Assembly: GCA_013265495.1 (NCBI GenBank)
Contig: MU057584.1
Span: forward strand, 598,608-662,607
Length of the DNA: 64,000 nt
DNA from: Vicugna vicugna
Taxonomy: Eukaryota
Direction: 5' to 3'
Made by a program: the position numbers and the translations under genes. A model generated the notes under the pieces. The model did no database searches, was not told the DNA's origin, and worked only from the letters and a program-made list of their open reading frames with translations. The first letter of the stretch is position 1. Every line of letters starts with the position of its first letter. Below are positions 40,579 to 50,900 of the stretch, piece by piece.

Positions 40579-43500
40579 TTAAGCCACAGGTCTGGGCTTG
40601 CCCCATTGAACCCAGTCCTGGGGGTGGTGGGCTTCCCTGGCATGCGCAGGGGTGTGCCCTGCAAAGTGACCTGACACGGCTGCCCGTGGGGCTTGGTTGG
40701 CTCCGTTGGCGGCGTGGGGGGCGTCGTGGGCAGGGGACTTGGGTGGGCTGGGCGGCTTGAGCGCACTGACCGCCCGGATGAGGCCCATGCGGCGGCGGAT
40801 GGAATGATCCAGGTTGACCGTGCAGCGCAGCAGGCTCTGCGCCTCGGCCACGGTGAAGGGGAAGTCGGAGTCCAGGAAGCGCTCGAAAAGCTCGGGGTCG
40901 CCGTCTAGGTCGAGCACGTTCTGCAGCGCCTTGGTCATGGTGTGCAGCTCGTGGCTGTTGTCGCAGAACACGTCCCAGAGGCGCGCGCGGGCGTCGGGCG
41001 CGCCCCCAGCCTGCTGCCGGTCCTCCAGGCACTGCAGCACCCAGCTGAGGCGGCATGGCCACTGGTTGGCGAGGACGACCCAAGCCACGGCCTGGCGCGG
41101 CGAGGGGCCCACGAAGTCCCCCTGCTGCTGCTGCAGCAGGCGCACAGTGATGGGCACCGTGTTGACGATGCGCCGCATGTACACCACGTTGTCGGGCACG
41201 TACTCGTAGAGGCAGTCGCGCTCGTCGTGCAGGCAGAAGAGCGCCTCCTGGATGCGGCGCGCGGCCTCGGCGTCGATGCGGCTCTGCGCGCGCTCGGCCC
41301 CCGCCCGCGTCTCCACCCCTAGGAGCCGCGTGCCCTCGCCGTCCCCCGCCCCGCCCGGCGGCCGCAGCTTGCGCGTCATCTCGCGATAGAGCAGGTCGTC
41401 GCGGCTCTGCACCGCGTCGTGCAGGAACTGCAGCTTGGTGCGGCGGCCCATGATGGGCACGGAGAAGGGCAGCGTGACGGTGCGGTTGAGGAAGAGGTAG
41501 CCATTGTCGGCCGTGCCCTTCATGGAGCCGGCGCTCTCGAGGCACGCGGCCAGGATGCTGGGGTCCACCACCAGGATGAAGATGAAGGGCGCGTGGCTGT
41601 CGGACAGCAGTGTATTCATGGCGTTGAGCACGCCCACCACGCGCTCCGGGTAGCAAGTGTCCAGCCCCGTGACCTCGAGCACAACGCGCAGCCGGCACTG
41701 CTGGTAGATCTCCAGGAAGCACAGGAAGTCAGTGAGCAGCTCCACCTCCTTCTTCACCTCGCACATGAAGCCCAGCTGGCTGCCGAACTTCTCTCGCGAC
41801 ACCAGCCGCTCAATCTTCTTGCGCTGGCTCACGAACAGGTGCTTGCCCACTGAGTACACGGCCATGAGCAGCCCGGAGCCCGACAGTGTGGTGGCCGCGC
41901 CCCCGACCACCTGGAGCAGGCTGCCGTTGGCGCCGCCGTGGCCCAGTGAGCGGCTGCCCACCGACAAGTAGAGCAGGCCCACGCCCAGGCTGAGCGCCGC
42001 CAGCAGCGCCAGCAGCGCCAGGCACACGCGCAGCCGGCAGTGCCACTCGCGTTGGCAGAAGCCCGGCGTCGCGCCCGGCTTGTTGCCCATCACCGAGTAC
42101 ACGCTGAAGGGCAGCGCGCCGTAGTGATGGCGGATGCCCTCGCACAGCGTGGTGACCAGGCCGGCCCACAGCTTGTCCGTGCCCGCGTACTGCCAGGCGC
42201 TGAAGCGGATGAAGAGGAACTTCACGTTCTTGCGCCGCAGGTGCACTTCTGTGATGACGGGCTGCAGGAACACCAGGTACCACAGAAGCTGTGGGAAGCC
42301 CCAGCCGCGCACTGACCGCGGCCTGCATTGCACGCGCTGGAGCTCCTCGGCCTCGCGCTGGGTCGCCTCCTGCTGCATCAGCGCTGCGGGGACCGAAGGC
42401 ACCCGGCGAGGGGTTGGGGGTACGGTGTGAGCAGCTGGGCTCTGGCCGCGGGGACCAGGCTCAGGCCTGGGTAGGGCCCATCCCAGAAAGCTGAGCAAGT
42501 GCAGAAGGAGAGGCCTAGAGCCAGGCTTGAACAGGAAAGAGTCTTGAGGGGGAGGTGAGGGTCAGAGGAGAGAGGCAGGGAGGGCTCTAAGGAATGAAAG
42601 AGAGCATTGGAGGTGCTGAGGAAGAGATGCTGCAAGGGCACAGCTTGGCCCAATTTTCCTGGCTTAACTGCTTTTCCTCCAGCTCACAGCTCAGCTGTCT
42701 CCTCCTCCAGGAAGTCTTCCCTGATCCCCAAGCTGGGTCAGGTGTCCCTGGCTCCCCCACCCCACTCTGGGTCATCAATTGTCTGGGGACAGGTCTGTTC
42801 CCAGGTCCCTCACTGGTCTGTGAGCCCAGGAAGGGTAGGGCTCTGGCTGTTTTGGTCACCCTGTGCCCCTTGAGCACTGAGGAAGTGCTGGGAGAATGTC
42901 TGGAGGATGGCTCACGAGAAGTTGGGGCAGGATCTGCCTGCTGTAAGGTTAGGGAGTGAACAAGTGGGAGTCACCCAGCACAGCCTAGAAGGTCCGTCAT
43001 GCTGTCTCCCTTTTCCTTATAGCCGCATCTCTTCTCCTCCCAGGACCCTGTTTGCTGTTCCGTGACAACACAGAGGCAGGATGTGGGCTTGTTTAGGAAG
43101 TGCTCACCAGGGCCAGGCATTTGGAGGTGAGTCACCTCCAGCCTCTCTGACCGTGATCAGGGCTAGGGTCTGAGCCCCCACAGGGTTGAACCAGTGCTGA
43201 GCTCCTGTGGAACTTGGCTGGGTTTCAGCTCATGTCTTCAATTAACATTATCTGCCAGGGGTCTCATGGGCACCAGGCCTGGGGCCAGGGCTGAGGAGAA
43301 GAGACGGGTCCGAGGAGCACAGAAGCCAGGAGGGACTTAGCAGGAGTGAGGAACCTGGGCTTTCTCCCTAGGATGCTGGGGAGATGTGGGAGGCTTTTGA
43401 GCAGGGGAGGAATAGGGCTTTTTAGAAAGATTCCTTGCAGTAGATTTGGTGGAGGACGGGGTGAGGCTGGAGGCCAGGAGGCTGGAGATGAAACTGGAGC

Positions 43501-46500
43501 AAGGAACTGGGGTTTGGGGGGCAGAGGCTATGGGTGTGGGGAGGGACCCGGTTAATGCTGACTTATGGGCATCTGGACTGGAGTGGACCAGCCTTAGGAG
43601 TGAGCTGGTCTTGGGGAAACCTGGGGCTGGGCAGGGACCAGAGGCTTCGTTTCCCTTAATCACCCCTCCCCCAACGCACGCAGATCCTCACCTGTGATCT
43701 TGTCCAGCATCAGGTGCAGGCGGCAGCCAAAGGGGGCATAGAAACCCACAGTCACAGGGACGGGCACGTGGCAGAGGGTCTTGGCCAGGCAGCTGCAGTA
43801 GACATCATCCTCTGTCAGGATCTCTGGGGGCCGGGGTTGAGGAGGGGGTAGAGGTGGGGAAACTGAGTCAATGAGGCTGGCCAGGCACCACCCTCCTCCC
43901 ATCTGCCCTCCCCAGTGCCTGCCCTCAGCTGCTCCCTGCACAGGGATCTCCCTCCCTGACTCCCAGAGATGACTCAGGTCAAACCCTCAGACAGAAGCAT
44001 CTGTGTCCCTCTGGGCCCCAGACCCACCAGGCAAAGGCTGGAAGGCTAGTTTCCCTCTGGCCCCGACCCAGACACGTGTGGGTACTTGGCTGCCCTGGCC
44101 TTAGGTCACCAGGCTCAGCCACCAGCCCGTGGTCCCCCTAGGAAAATCCCATGGGCTTTTCTTGAGACTCCAGGCCTGCAAATACTTAAGATACCGCTTT
44201 CCATGCTCAAAACTTCTCCGTGTCAGTTCCTTCCTCCTCTGTCAGCCTGGCTCTGAGTACAGCCGGGCCCCGACAGCCACAGGCTCCTCAGCTTCCTGCC
44301 CACTCCTTCCTCTGCTCTGTCCACCTCTCTGTGACCCTGTGCCCGCAAGTCCCTAATCCTGCCCCAGCCTGGGCAGACGCATCTTCTGGTCCTGGCCCTG
44401 CCACCTTTCTCTGCATACCGGGCAGAGTGATGCCCCTGAGAGGCTCAGTCCCCTCCTCTGAAGAGTGGGATGCAGAGATGCCAGAGAGTGTGGGTGCCAA
44501 AGGGCCTGGCCACAGGGGTGGGCCCTCTGTCAATGTCGTCGTCTGGAATGGCCCTTTAGGGCACAGGTTCTGGGGTAATTTCTGGCACAAGCATTTAATG
44601 CGCAAGCACTATAGTGTCCACTCTGCAGAGGGTGCCTGCCCTCCCGTCTCGGGCTCCCACTGAGCACTGTTTCGTGGACCCAGAGTTGGGGCACCAGAAA
44701 GGTAGGGCTCAGTGTGTGTGTGGGGGGGGCGCCAGGCTGGCCTCACAGGGCATGGTGGGGAGGAAACACCCACTTTCACAGAGGCCTGGGCTGTAGCTTC
44801 CTTCCCTCCCTGAGGGCCGGCACAGGGCCTGGAGGCATAGCTGGGAGGGCAGGAGGAAGACTCCGCCGAGGTCAGCTAAGCTGGCGGCCGGGAAGATCTG
44901 AGCCTGCTGTGCCTGGTGGCTGGCTGACCTCACCTCATCGAGCCTCTACTTCCCTTGAGTGAAATGGGCAGCGTGGCCCAGAGGCTGTAGGGACAAGGTC
45001 GTGTCTGCCTTGGGGCCAAGTCCCTGTGAAGCTGTTGTTCTGTTTTCCAACCAGACCCAACACGTACCTCCACCTCTACCTCCCTGGTCAGGCCACCAGC
45101 TCCTCTCGCCTGGACTCCAGTTTCCCACCCCCCGCCTCCTCCAGTCCACTTTCCTGTCGGATCTCAAGTCAGTGCTTGTGCCTCAGGGTCCCACCTCCCT
45201 GGGATGTCAAAAGCCGAGCCTTCACCGCGGCCAGCGGCCACGAGGCCCACAGCGTCTGGCCGCCTTCTTCCCTCTTGCACACCCTCTGATCTTCCTCCTC
45301 ACTGCCCCCTGCTCAAGCCATGTGGACCTCCTTGCCTCCCCCTGGCCCCAACAGAATCTTTGCATTTGCTGATCCTGCTGCCACTTACTTGAGAGAACTG
45401 CCCCATCTTTGCTCAAATGTCACCTTCGTGGGGCTTCACCTGATGATCCTGTTTAATTTGCCAACCCTGATGCGCCCTCCTCTCTCCTTGCTTTATTCTT
45501 CCCCATCCTGGTTATCAGCTGGTGACACACTTTTGAACTTTGCTACTTATCTTGTTTCTTGTGTCCGCCCCTCCCACCCCACCACCATGGACCCTGAGCT
45601 CCACAAAGGCGATGATCTCTGTCTGCCCAGCTTCCTGGGGCACCCCCAGAACAGCACCTGGTACCCACTACAGGGTCCAGCACCACCTAGTCACAGAATG
45701 AATGAGTGAGTGTGTGAGTGAGGGGGTGGGTGGAACCCCTCCCATGGCTGCCTTGCTCTCTCCATCCCCTAGGCTGCTTCCTACCTCCTGCTTTAGCCGC
45801 ACACTTGACCCGTCTCCCCCATACCAGAGCTGGCCAACAAGCGGGTGTGCGCGGCCCCCTGCTCCAAGTCCTCTGCAGAGGAAGGGCAGGGAAGAGAGAA
45901 AGCAGAGCTAGGGTGTCAGCAGAGGGTGAGAGCTGGGGCCCAGGCCCCTGGCCAGCCCAGGACGGGGGCACTGTGGACAGGCCCGGCCTAGAAGCTTGGA
46001 TCCCAGCAGGTGAAGCAGGGGTGGCCGCCCGAGGCCCAGGGCAAGGGACCAGAGCAAGGGGTGAGGATGGCAGGCCCTAGGCCCAGGTGGGAAGCGAGGC
46101 AGCAGGGACAGAGTCCTGGGAAGGCAGGGTAAGCACCGGAGCTGTAGGAGGTGAAGGAGCCATAGGCAGTGGGGGCAGGCAGGGGCCGAGCCTCAGTGGG
46201 CCTGCTGGGCTCCAGGAGGGTGCCGGTGGCGGAGGGCAGGGCCGGGCTGCTGCTGGCCGTGGTGTGTGCCGTGGTGGGTGCGGGGGGCGGCTGGGGGGCG
46301 CTGGCTGGTTGTACGGGGGCAGTTGAGGTGGCAGGCATCCCCTTCTGGGCCCTTTGGGCAGGGTAGAGCCGCTGCCGCAGGGGGCTGGGAGCTGGGGCCT
46401 GGGGCTGCCACCGCTGCTGCTGCTGCTGCAGGAGCGGGGGCTGGGGGCCCCAGCGACAGCCGCCGACACACCCCCTGTGGCTGTGGTAGGCCAACTGCCA

Positions 46501-47552
46501 GCATGCCTGGGGGAGCGGCCAACAGGGCCCGTGGGCTCCAGGTGCTGCTAGGTCATGGCACCACTGATGACAGCATCCTGGAAGGAAGGAAGTGGGGGTG
46601 ACTGGGCCTGGGTCCCTGACCCCTGAGGGGCACCAGCAGGAACCAGGTCAGATCTTCAGGTGCAGGCTGGGGCTTATCTCTCAGCTGAGGCTCAAGAGGA
46701 GTTGGGGAAAATGACGAGGTGGGTGTGGGCAGAGGGGCCCCACTCTGTGCTCTTCCACAGGTCAGGGGAGAAGAGGTCCAGGGGCCTGGACTCTAGCCAG
46801 GTGAGGGGCTGGAGAGGGCATGATGCCCCAGAGTCCCTGCTACCCCAAAATCATTGGTCCCTGGGGTGTCCCCAGTGAGGGGGGACTGAGAGCAATCCAT
46901 TGGGAGCTGGCCTCATTGGTCCAGAGGAGGCCAGAGTGATGGGCGGTGGCTGTGGGGAGGGGGCTGGCATGGGGACTGAGAAGGGGGTTGGCCTTTGCAC
47001 CTGGGCTCAGAATAGGCCAGCAGGAATGGGGCTGCCCTGGGAGGCAAGGAGGCTGAATCAGCCCTAATGGGGGCTAACTGCCCCCTCTGAACCCCGGGCA
47101 GGAGCACCTGCGGTCACCGTGGGAGGCTGAACCCCCGCCTTGTTCGAATACACTCAGCGTGGGGCGGGGGCTCGCTCTCCTACCCACACCCAAAGCTGCC
47201 ATGTTGTGGGGCAGTCCCCACAGGCCTGGCGATCTGGGGAGGGGATTCTTTCCATGCTGGGGAAGGGGCAGGCCGGGTGGGCCTCCCCCGCTGGCATCCC
47301 AGCTCAGGCTCCCACCTTTGGCCCTCTGTGCGGAAGCCTCTGATGGTGAGCGCTGGTGGCATTTTCCCCTGGGGCCTGAGGTTTTCTGCTTAGCAATCCA
47401 CTCAGCAGCCCCCAACTCACAGGCCTTTCTCCCTGCCAGACCCCCCAAACTGAACCCCTACCTTTTTGGTGCCCCATTTCCGGGTCCAAGAAATAGCAGT
47501 CGGTGGGCGGCCGGGAGCCCTTGGCGAAGTGGACGGTGTAGTGCTTGTGCAT
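40579..47552 (-). CDS. NKPD1: NTPase KAP family P-loop domain-containing protein 1, 822 aa: complement(join(47552-47462,46577-46137,43823-43692,42383-40579))
   Basis: ATG in good Kozak context (gccaccATG). Exons read MHKHYTVHFAKG...DPEMGHQK / GCCHQW...GSFTSYSS / EILTEDDVYCSCLAKTLCHVPVPVTVGFYAPFGCRLHLMLDKIT / ALMQQE...FIRFSAWQYAGTDKLWAGL... with hydrophobic TM-like segments, ending GKPRPVA-TAA. All introns are GT-AG and phase 1. FSAWQY is the typical KAP-family motif. Confidence 0.95.
40690..42410. other. Intragenic CpG island covering the NKPD1 last exon
   Basis: Visibly very high GC and CpG density compared with the flanking CpG-depleted DNA. Confidence 0.75.
44598..44715 (+). pseudogene. 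Inverted, frameshifted copy of NKPD1 first coding exon inside the intron between NKPD1 coding exons 2 and 3
   Basis: Removing a 13-nt insertion (44646-44658) gives MRKHYSVHSAEGACPPTEHCFVDPELGHQKG versus the true MHKHYTVHFAKGSRPPTDCYFLDPEMGHQKG (20/31 aa, 68/91 nt by hand count), with the same AAAG|GTAGGG donor. Confidence 0.85.
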
Positions 47553-48354
47553 GGTGGCCGGGGGTCTGTGTAGAGAGGAGTGGGGCAGGGCCAGGCTCAG
47601 TGCCCAGCCCTCTCAGGCCCCAGCAAGGGCCCCCCACCCTTCACCATGACAGCTCCCTGTGACCTGAGATGGATGAGAGACCTCGTCCCTGATGTTGGGG
47701 GCCTGGGTCACCCAGGTGGGGCAGAGGGGCTCTTCTGAGTAACAGTGAGAGGTCAGGACAGGGGACGGATGGCCAGACGTGGGAGGACAGAGAACAGTTG
47801 GGGGGGTGTTAGGGGCTAATTTGGGGTGGGTAAGGTTTCCAAGGGTTAGGTAATTGGGTGTTTGGGAGCTGCTAGGAATTTCCAAGAGGCCAGGACAGTG
47901 GCGGTGCTGAGCAGACAGAATCTGGGAGCCGGTGGGTAGTTGAGTAAAAATAAGGGGGACCTAGGCACTGGGGTGTATGCTGTGGAAGGTGGGGCCCCTT
48001 TCCCACCTCAGTGTGGTGAGAGGTGGGAAGCAGTGAGCCACAAGTGCCTGAAATTTCGGGGCTGGGACATTCGGTTGGAGGGTTGGAGGGAGGGGGACTC
48101 TAGGGGAGCAAATGAAATCAGGGTGGTCTGATTTGGGGAGAGGCTCAGCCTACTGGGGATGAGATGAAGTGCTCTGGATTTAAAATGTCAAGAGCCCAAA
48201 GCAGAAGTGAAGGAAGGATGCTGTTTGGAGGCGGGGACAGGGGAAGCCCTGAGACAGAGGAAACAGGGTGATGAGAGTAAGGGTCAGTGAGGGTTGGGGG
48301 CTAGGCACGTGGCCCCTGCCCACTCCCATCCCCCCAGTCCGGGGTCCCACGTAC

Positions 48355-48520
48355 CTGACAGCAGCTTCACAGCCCCAGCTCCCTGCCCCGCCGAGCTGCT
48401 GTACCAGCCCCACTGCCCGCCGCCAGCTGCGTCAGTCAGCGCAGGCCCAGCTGGTGAGAGGCCCGGGAGCTGGGAGCCCAGCTGCCCGACCGGTTTGCCC
48501 ACCTTGTCCCCGCCCCTTCC
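48355..48520 (-). promoter_or_regulatory. Putative non-coding first exon and promoter of NKPD1 (5' boundary uncertain)
   Basis: Strong donor CAG|GTACGT at 48355/48354, pairing with acceptor ctcctctctacacag (AG at 47567-47566) 13 nt upstream of the ATG. Locally GC/CpG-rich, with a TGACGCA CRE-like site and a GC box. Confidence 0.5.
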
Positions 48521-50646
48521 TCAGCCCGCCTGGCCTGTCCCTGTCGGGGAGCTATGCTCTCGAGGACTGGGGGATGCCCCCTGAGGACTGAGGCCTGCCC
48601 CTGTGCAGTGCCCCCCCGTAAGGGATGGAGATGGCCTGCCTCGGTGCTGCCTGGGGCGGGACCTGCCAGGGGATCTATGGGGCCAGCCCCTGGGCCCGGC
48701 TGCTGTGGCAGGGAAGGAAGCTGGGACAGGGAGTGGGAGTCTAGGCCCAGAGAAGATGCAGTCCTGGGTTCAGCTGCCAGTTCCTCCAGGGCCCAGCTGT
48801 GTGGCCTTAGGCAGGTGACTTCACCTCTCTGAGCCTTGATTTCCTCATTGCTAAGTGGGCCAGCATCCATGCCTGCCTCTCATGGTTGTCAGGAGGAGCC
48901 CGCTGAGCACAGATCCTGGCACCCAGCAGTGACAGCGGCAGCTCATGCTCCCTGGGCACCAACCAACCAACCCATTTACCAGCTGCTCTAGATGCTTCAT
49001 GTAAAATGACGACACTTGCAGACATTCTTTGAGAGGTGAGGGGGCAGGTGGGGCTAGGGTTGGGCAAGACGTGCCTTAGATACCGTGGGGGCTCCTCTGC
49101 TCTCTAGGGTCCTGTCTCCCTGCTGCTGGCCTGATGGGGAGAAGGAGAGGCAACCACAGAACAGTGCCCAGGACAAGAGAGAAGGGAGCCGACCAGCCCT
49201 GCAGGGCACCCCACTGACCAGACACTGCCCCCGGTAGCCAAGCTATGCCCTCTTCCCTCCCCTGGGCTACTTCTCTCTCCTCCCCCAGGCCTTAAGCTGC
49301 TTCTCCCAGGAAGACTTCCTTCCTCTCCTCTGCCAGTTCAGTGCTCAGCCCCCTTCTCCACACCCCAGTCCTGTCAGGGGAGGCCAGGCTAGTGTGTCTG
49401 AGTGAGGGGTGAGTCTGCAAGGGAACCTTCAGGACAGCCCCTGAGCTTCTTGAGGGCAGGGCTAGGCCAATCCCCTGCTCTCCCCGGCTGCCCTCAGACA
49501 AAGCTGAGTAACTGCAATTCATTTGGGAAACACCTGCAGGCTCTGTGCTGGACAGTGCCAGCACCCAGCCCAGGGACCCAGAGGGACCGAAGAGGAAAGG
49601 CTCCTGGGCTGTAAACAAGTAAACACAGAGCACGGCAGGATGAGGCTGTCAGGGAGCCTGCTCAGGGCTGCAGGCTCAGGGCGAGTGAGTAACCACTTCA
49701 AGGGGTCCGGTGGTCAGCAGAGGCTGCGAGGCTGCTGGACACCAAAGAGGGAGCATGAGTTTGGAGAGTTGGGTACTCAGGCAGGGAACAGCATGTGCAA
49801 AGGCTCAGAGGCAAGCCAGGGAACGTGGTGCTGAGCTGAGTGCGCTGGGGAGGGGCGGCTGGACAGGGTGTCTGCACCAGACTCTACAGAGGTAGAGAAG
49901 CCCCACCTACTGTGGGTGTTTTAAACAAGGAGACCCTTCCTCCTCCCTTTGGGTTTCCCCCAGCCTCAGTTTACAGCTTGAGGCAGGGGTACTTACCCAG
50001 CTCAAGCAGCAGGTGGCAGAGCCTGGCAGAGTCCAGATGTGTGATGCCCCCAGATACTATGAATGTAAACAGGGGAGACGTCAGGGGGAGGGGTGAGGGC
50101 ACAGATGCCAAGCTGCCTGGGGACTGGTCAGCCCGGCCATGTTCTGGATATGACTCGAGTCCGCCAGGCACATGAAGTATGTGTGTGTGTGCGCACACAC
50201 GCTCTCAGGGGCGGGGGTTGGAACTGAGGGTGTCTGGCTCACCCCACCTCCATCCATTCTTCGTTCTGGCAGCCCCCAGTCCAGCCCACCCCTGCCGGCA
50301 CTCCGGTCACTCAGGGCCCCTGGCCCTGCTCCCAAAGAGAGGTCCGTCCCGTGGGGCCTGCTGGGCAGAGGGCAGCCGTAGACTTGTTGATGTGGTGAGG
50401 CTGCCAGCACTGGGGGCTGCCCGCCCCTGCTAGGTGTGCCGGATGAGTGAGAGGCAGCAAGCTCCAGGGCTCAGGCCAGGGTGGAGGGAGAGCAGGAGGG
50501 CAGGAAATGAGGGATGAGGAGCTACGTGGGGTACTCTGCTTCCCCATAGGATCCACGACACGAACTGTAGCTTGCAGATGCCCCTCCCCTCGTAGCATTG
50601 AGTGACCCCCACCTTCCACTTTGAATCTGGTTCCACGGATAGAACC

Positions 50647-50652
50647 TTTATT
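50647..50652 (-). terminator. Polyadenylation signal of TRAPPC6A
   Basis: tttatt on + about 250 nt past the TRAPPC6A stop. Confidence 0.65.
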
Positions 50653-50900
50653 GAACATCTGCCATGTGGAGAAATGTGTCCAACTCGGGCATCCCTCCAC
50701 ATCAGCCCTGACTGCGGCAGGGACCATCTTGCCCCTGGGACGCCCCCACCTCCCTATGACACCCATCTGTTGAGCCTGTGTGATGCCCTGAAGTGCCAGG
50801 ACCCTGTCTCCTTAGCATCAGCCCTCTGGCCTCCACCAGAGGCAGTGGCCGGGTCCCCGGGCCAGCGTGAGGCTCAGCTGGGGATGGGACCTGAAGCACC

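Noticed and set aside
40505..41722. 405-aa ORF in an alternative frame of the NKPD1 last exon, and several antisense ORFs over 40693-42430
   Set aside because: Arg/Ala/Pro/Gly-rich shadow ORFs expected from extreme GC3 coding sequence that lacks off-frame stops; no recognisable domain.
42384..42498. N-terminal extension of the 639-aa ORF (MLSFLGWALP...) as an NKPD1 start
   Set aside because: It begins at a non-ATG codon and is intronic sequence upstream of the acceptor at 42385-42384.
46414..46430. CAG run (QQQQQ) in NKPD1 exon 2 as an expansion-type repeat
   Set aside because: Only about 5 units; an ordinary short homopeptide.
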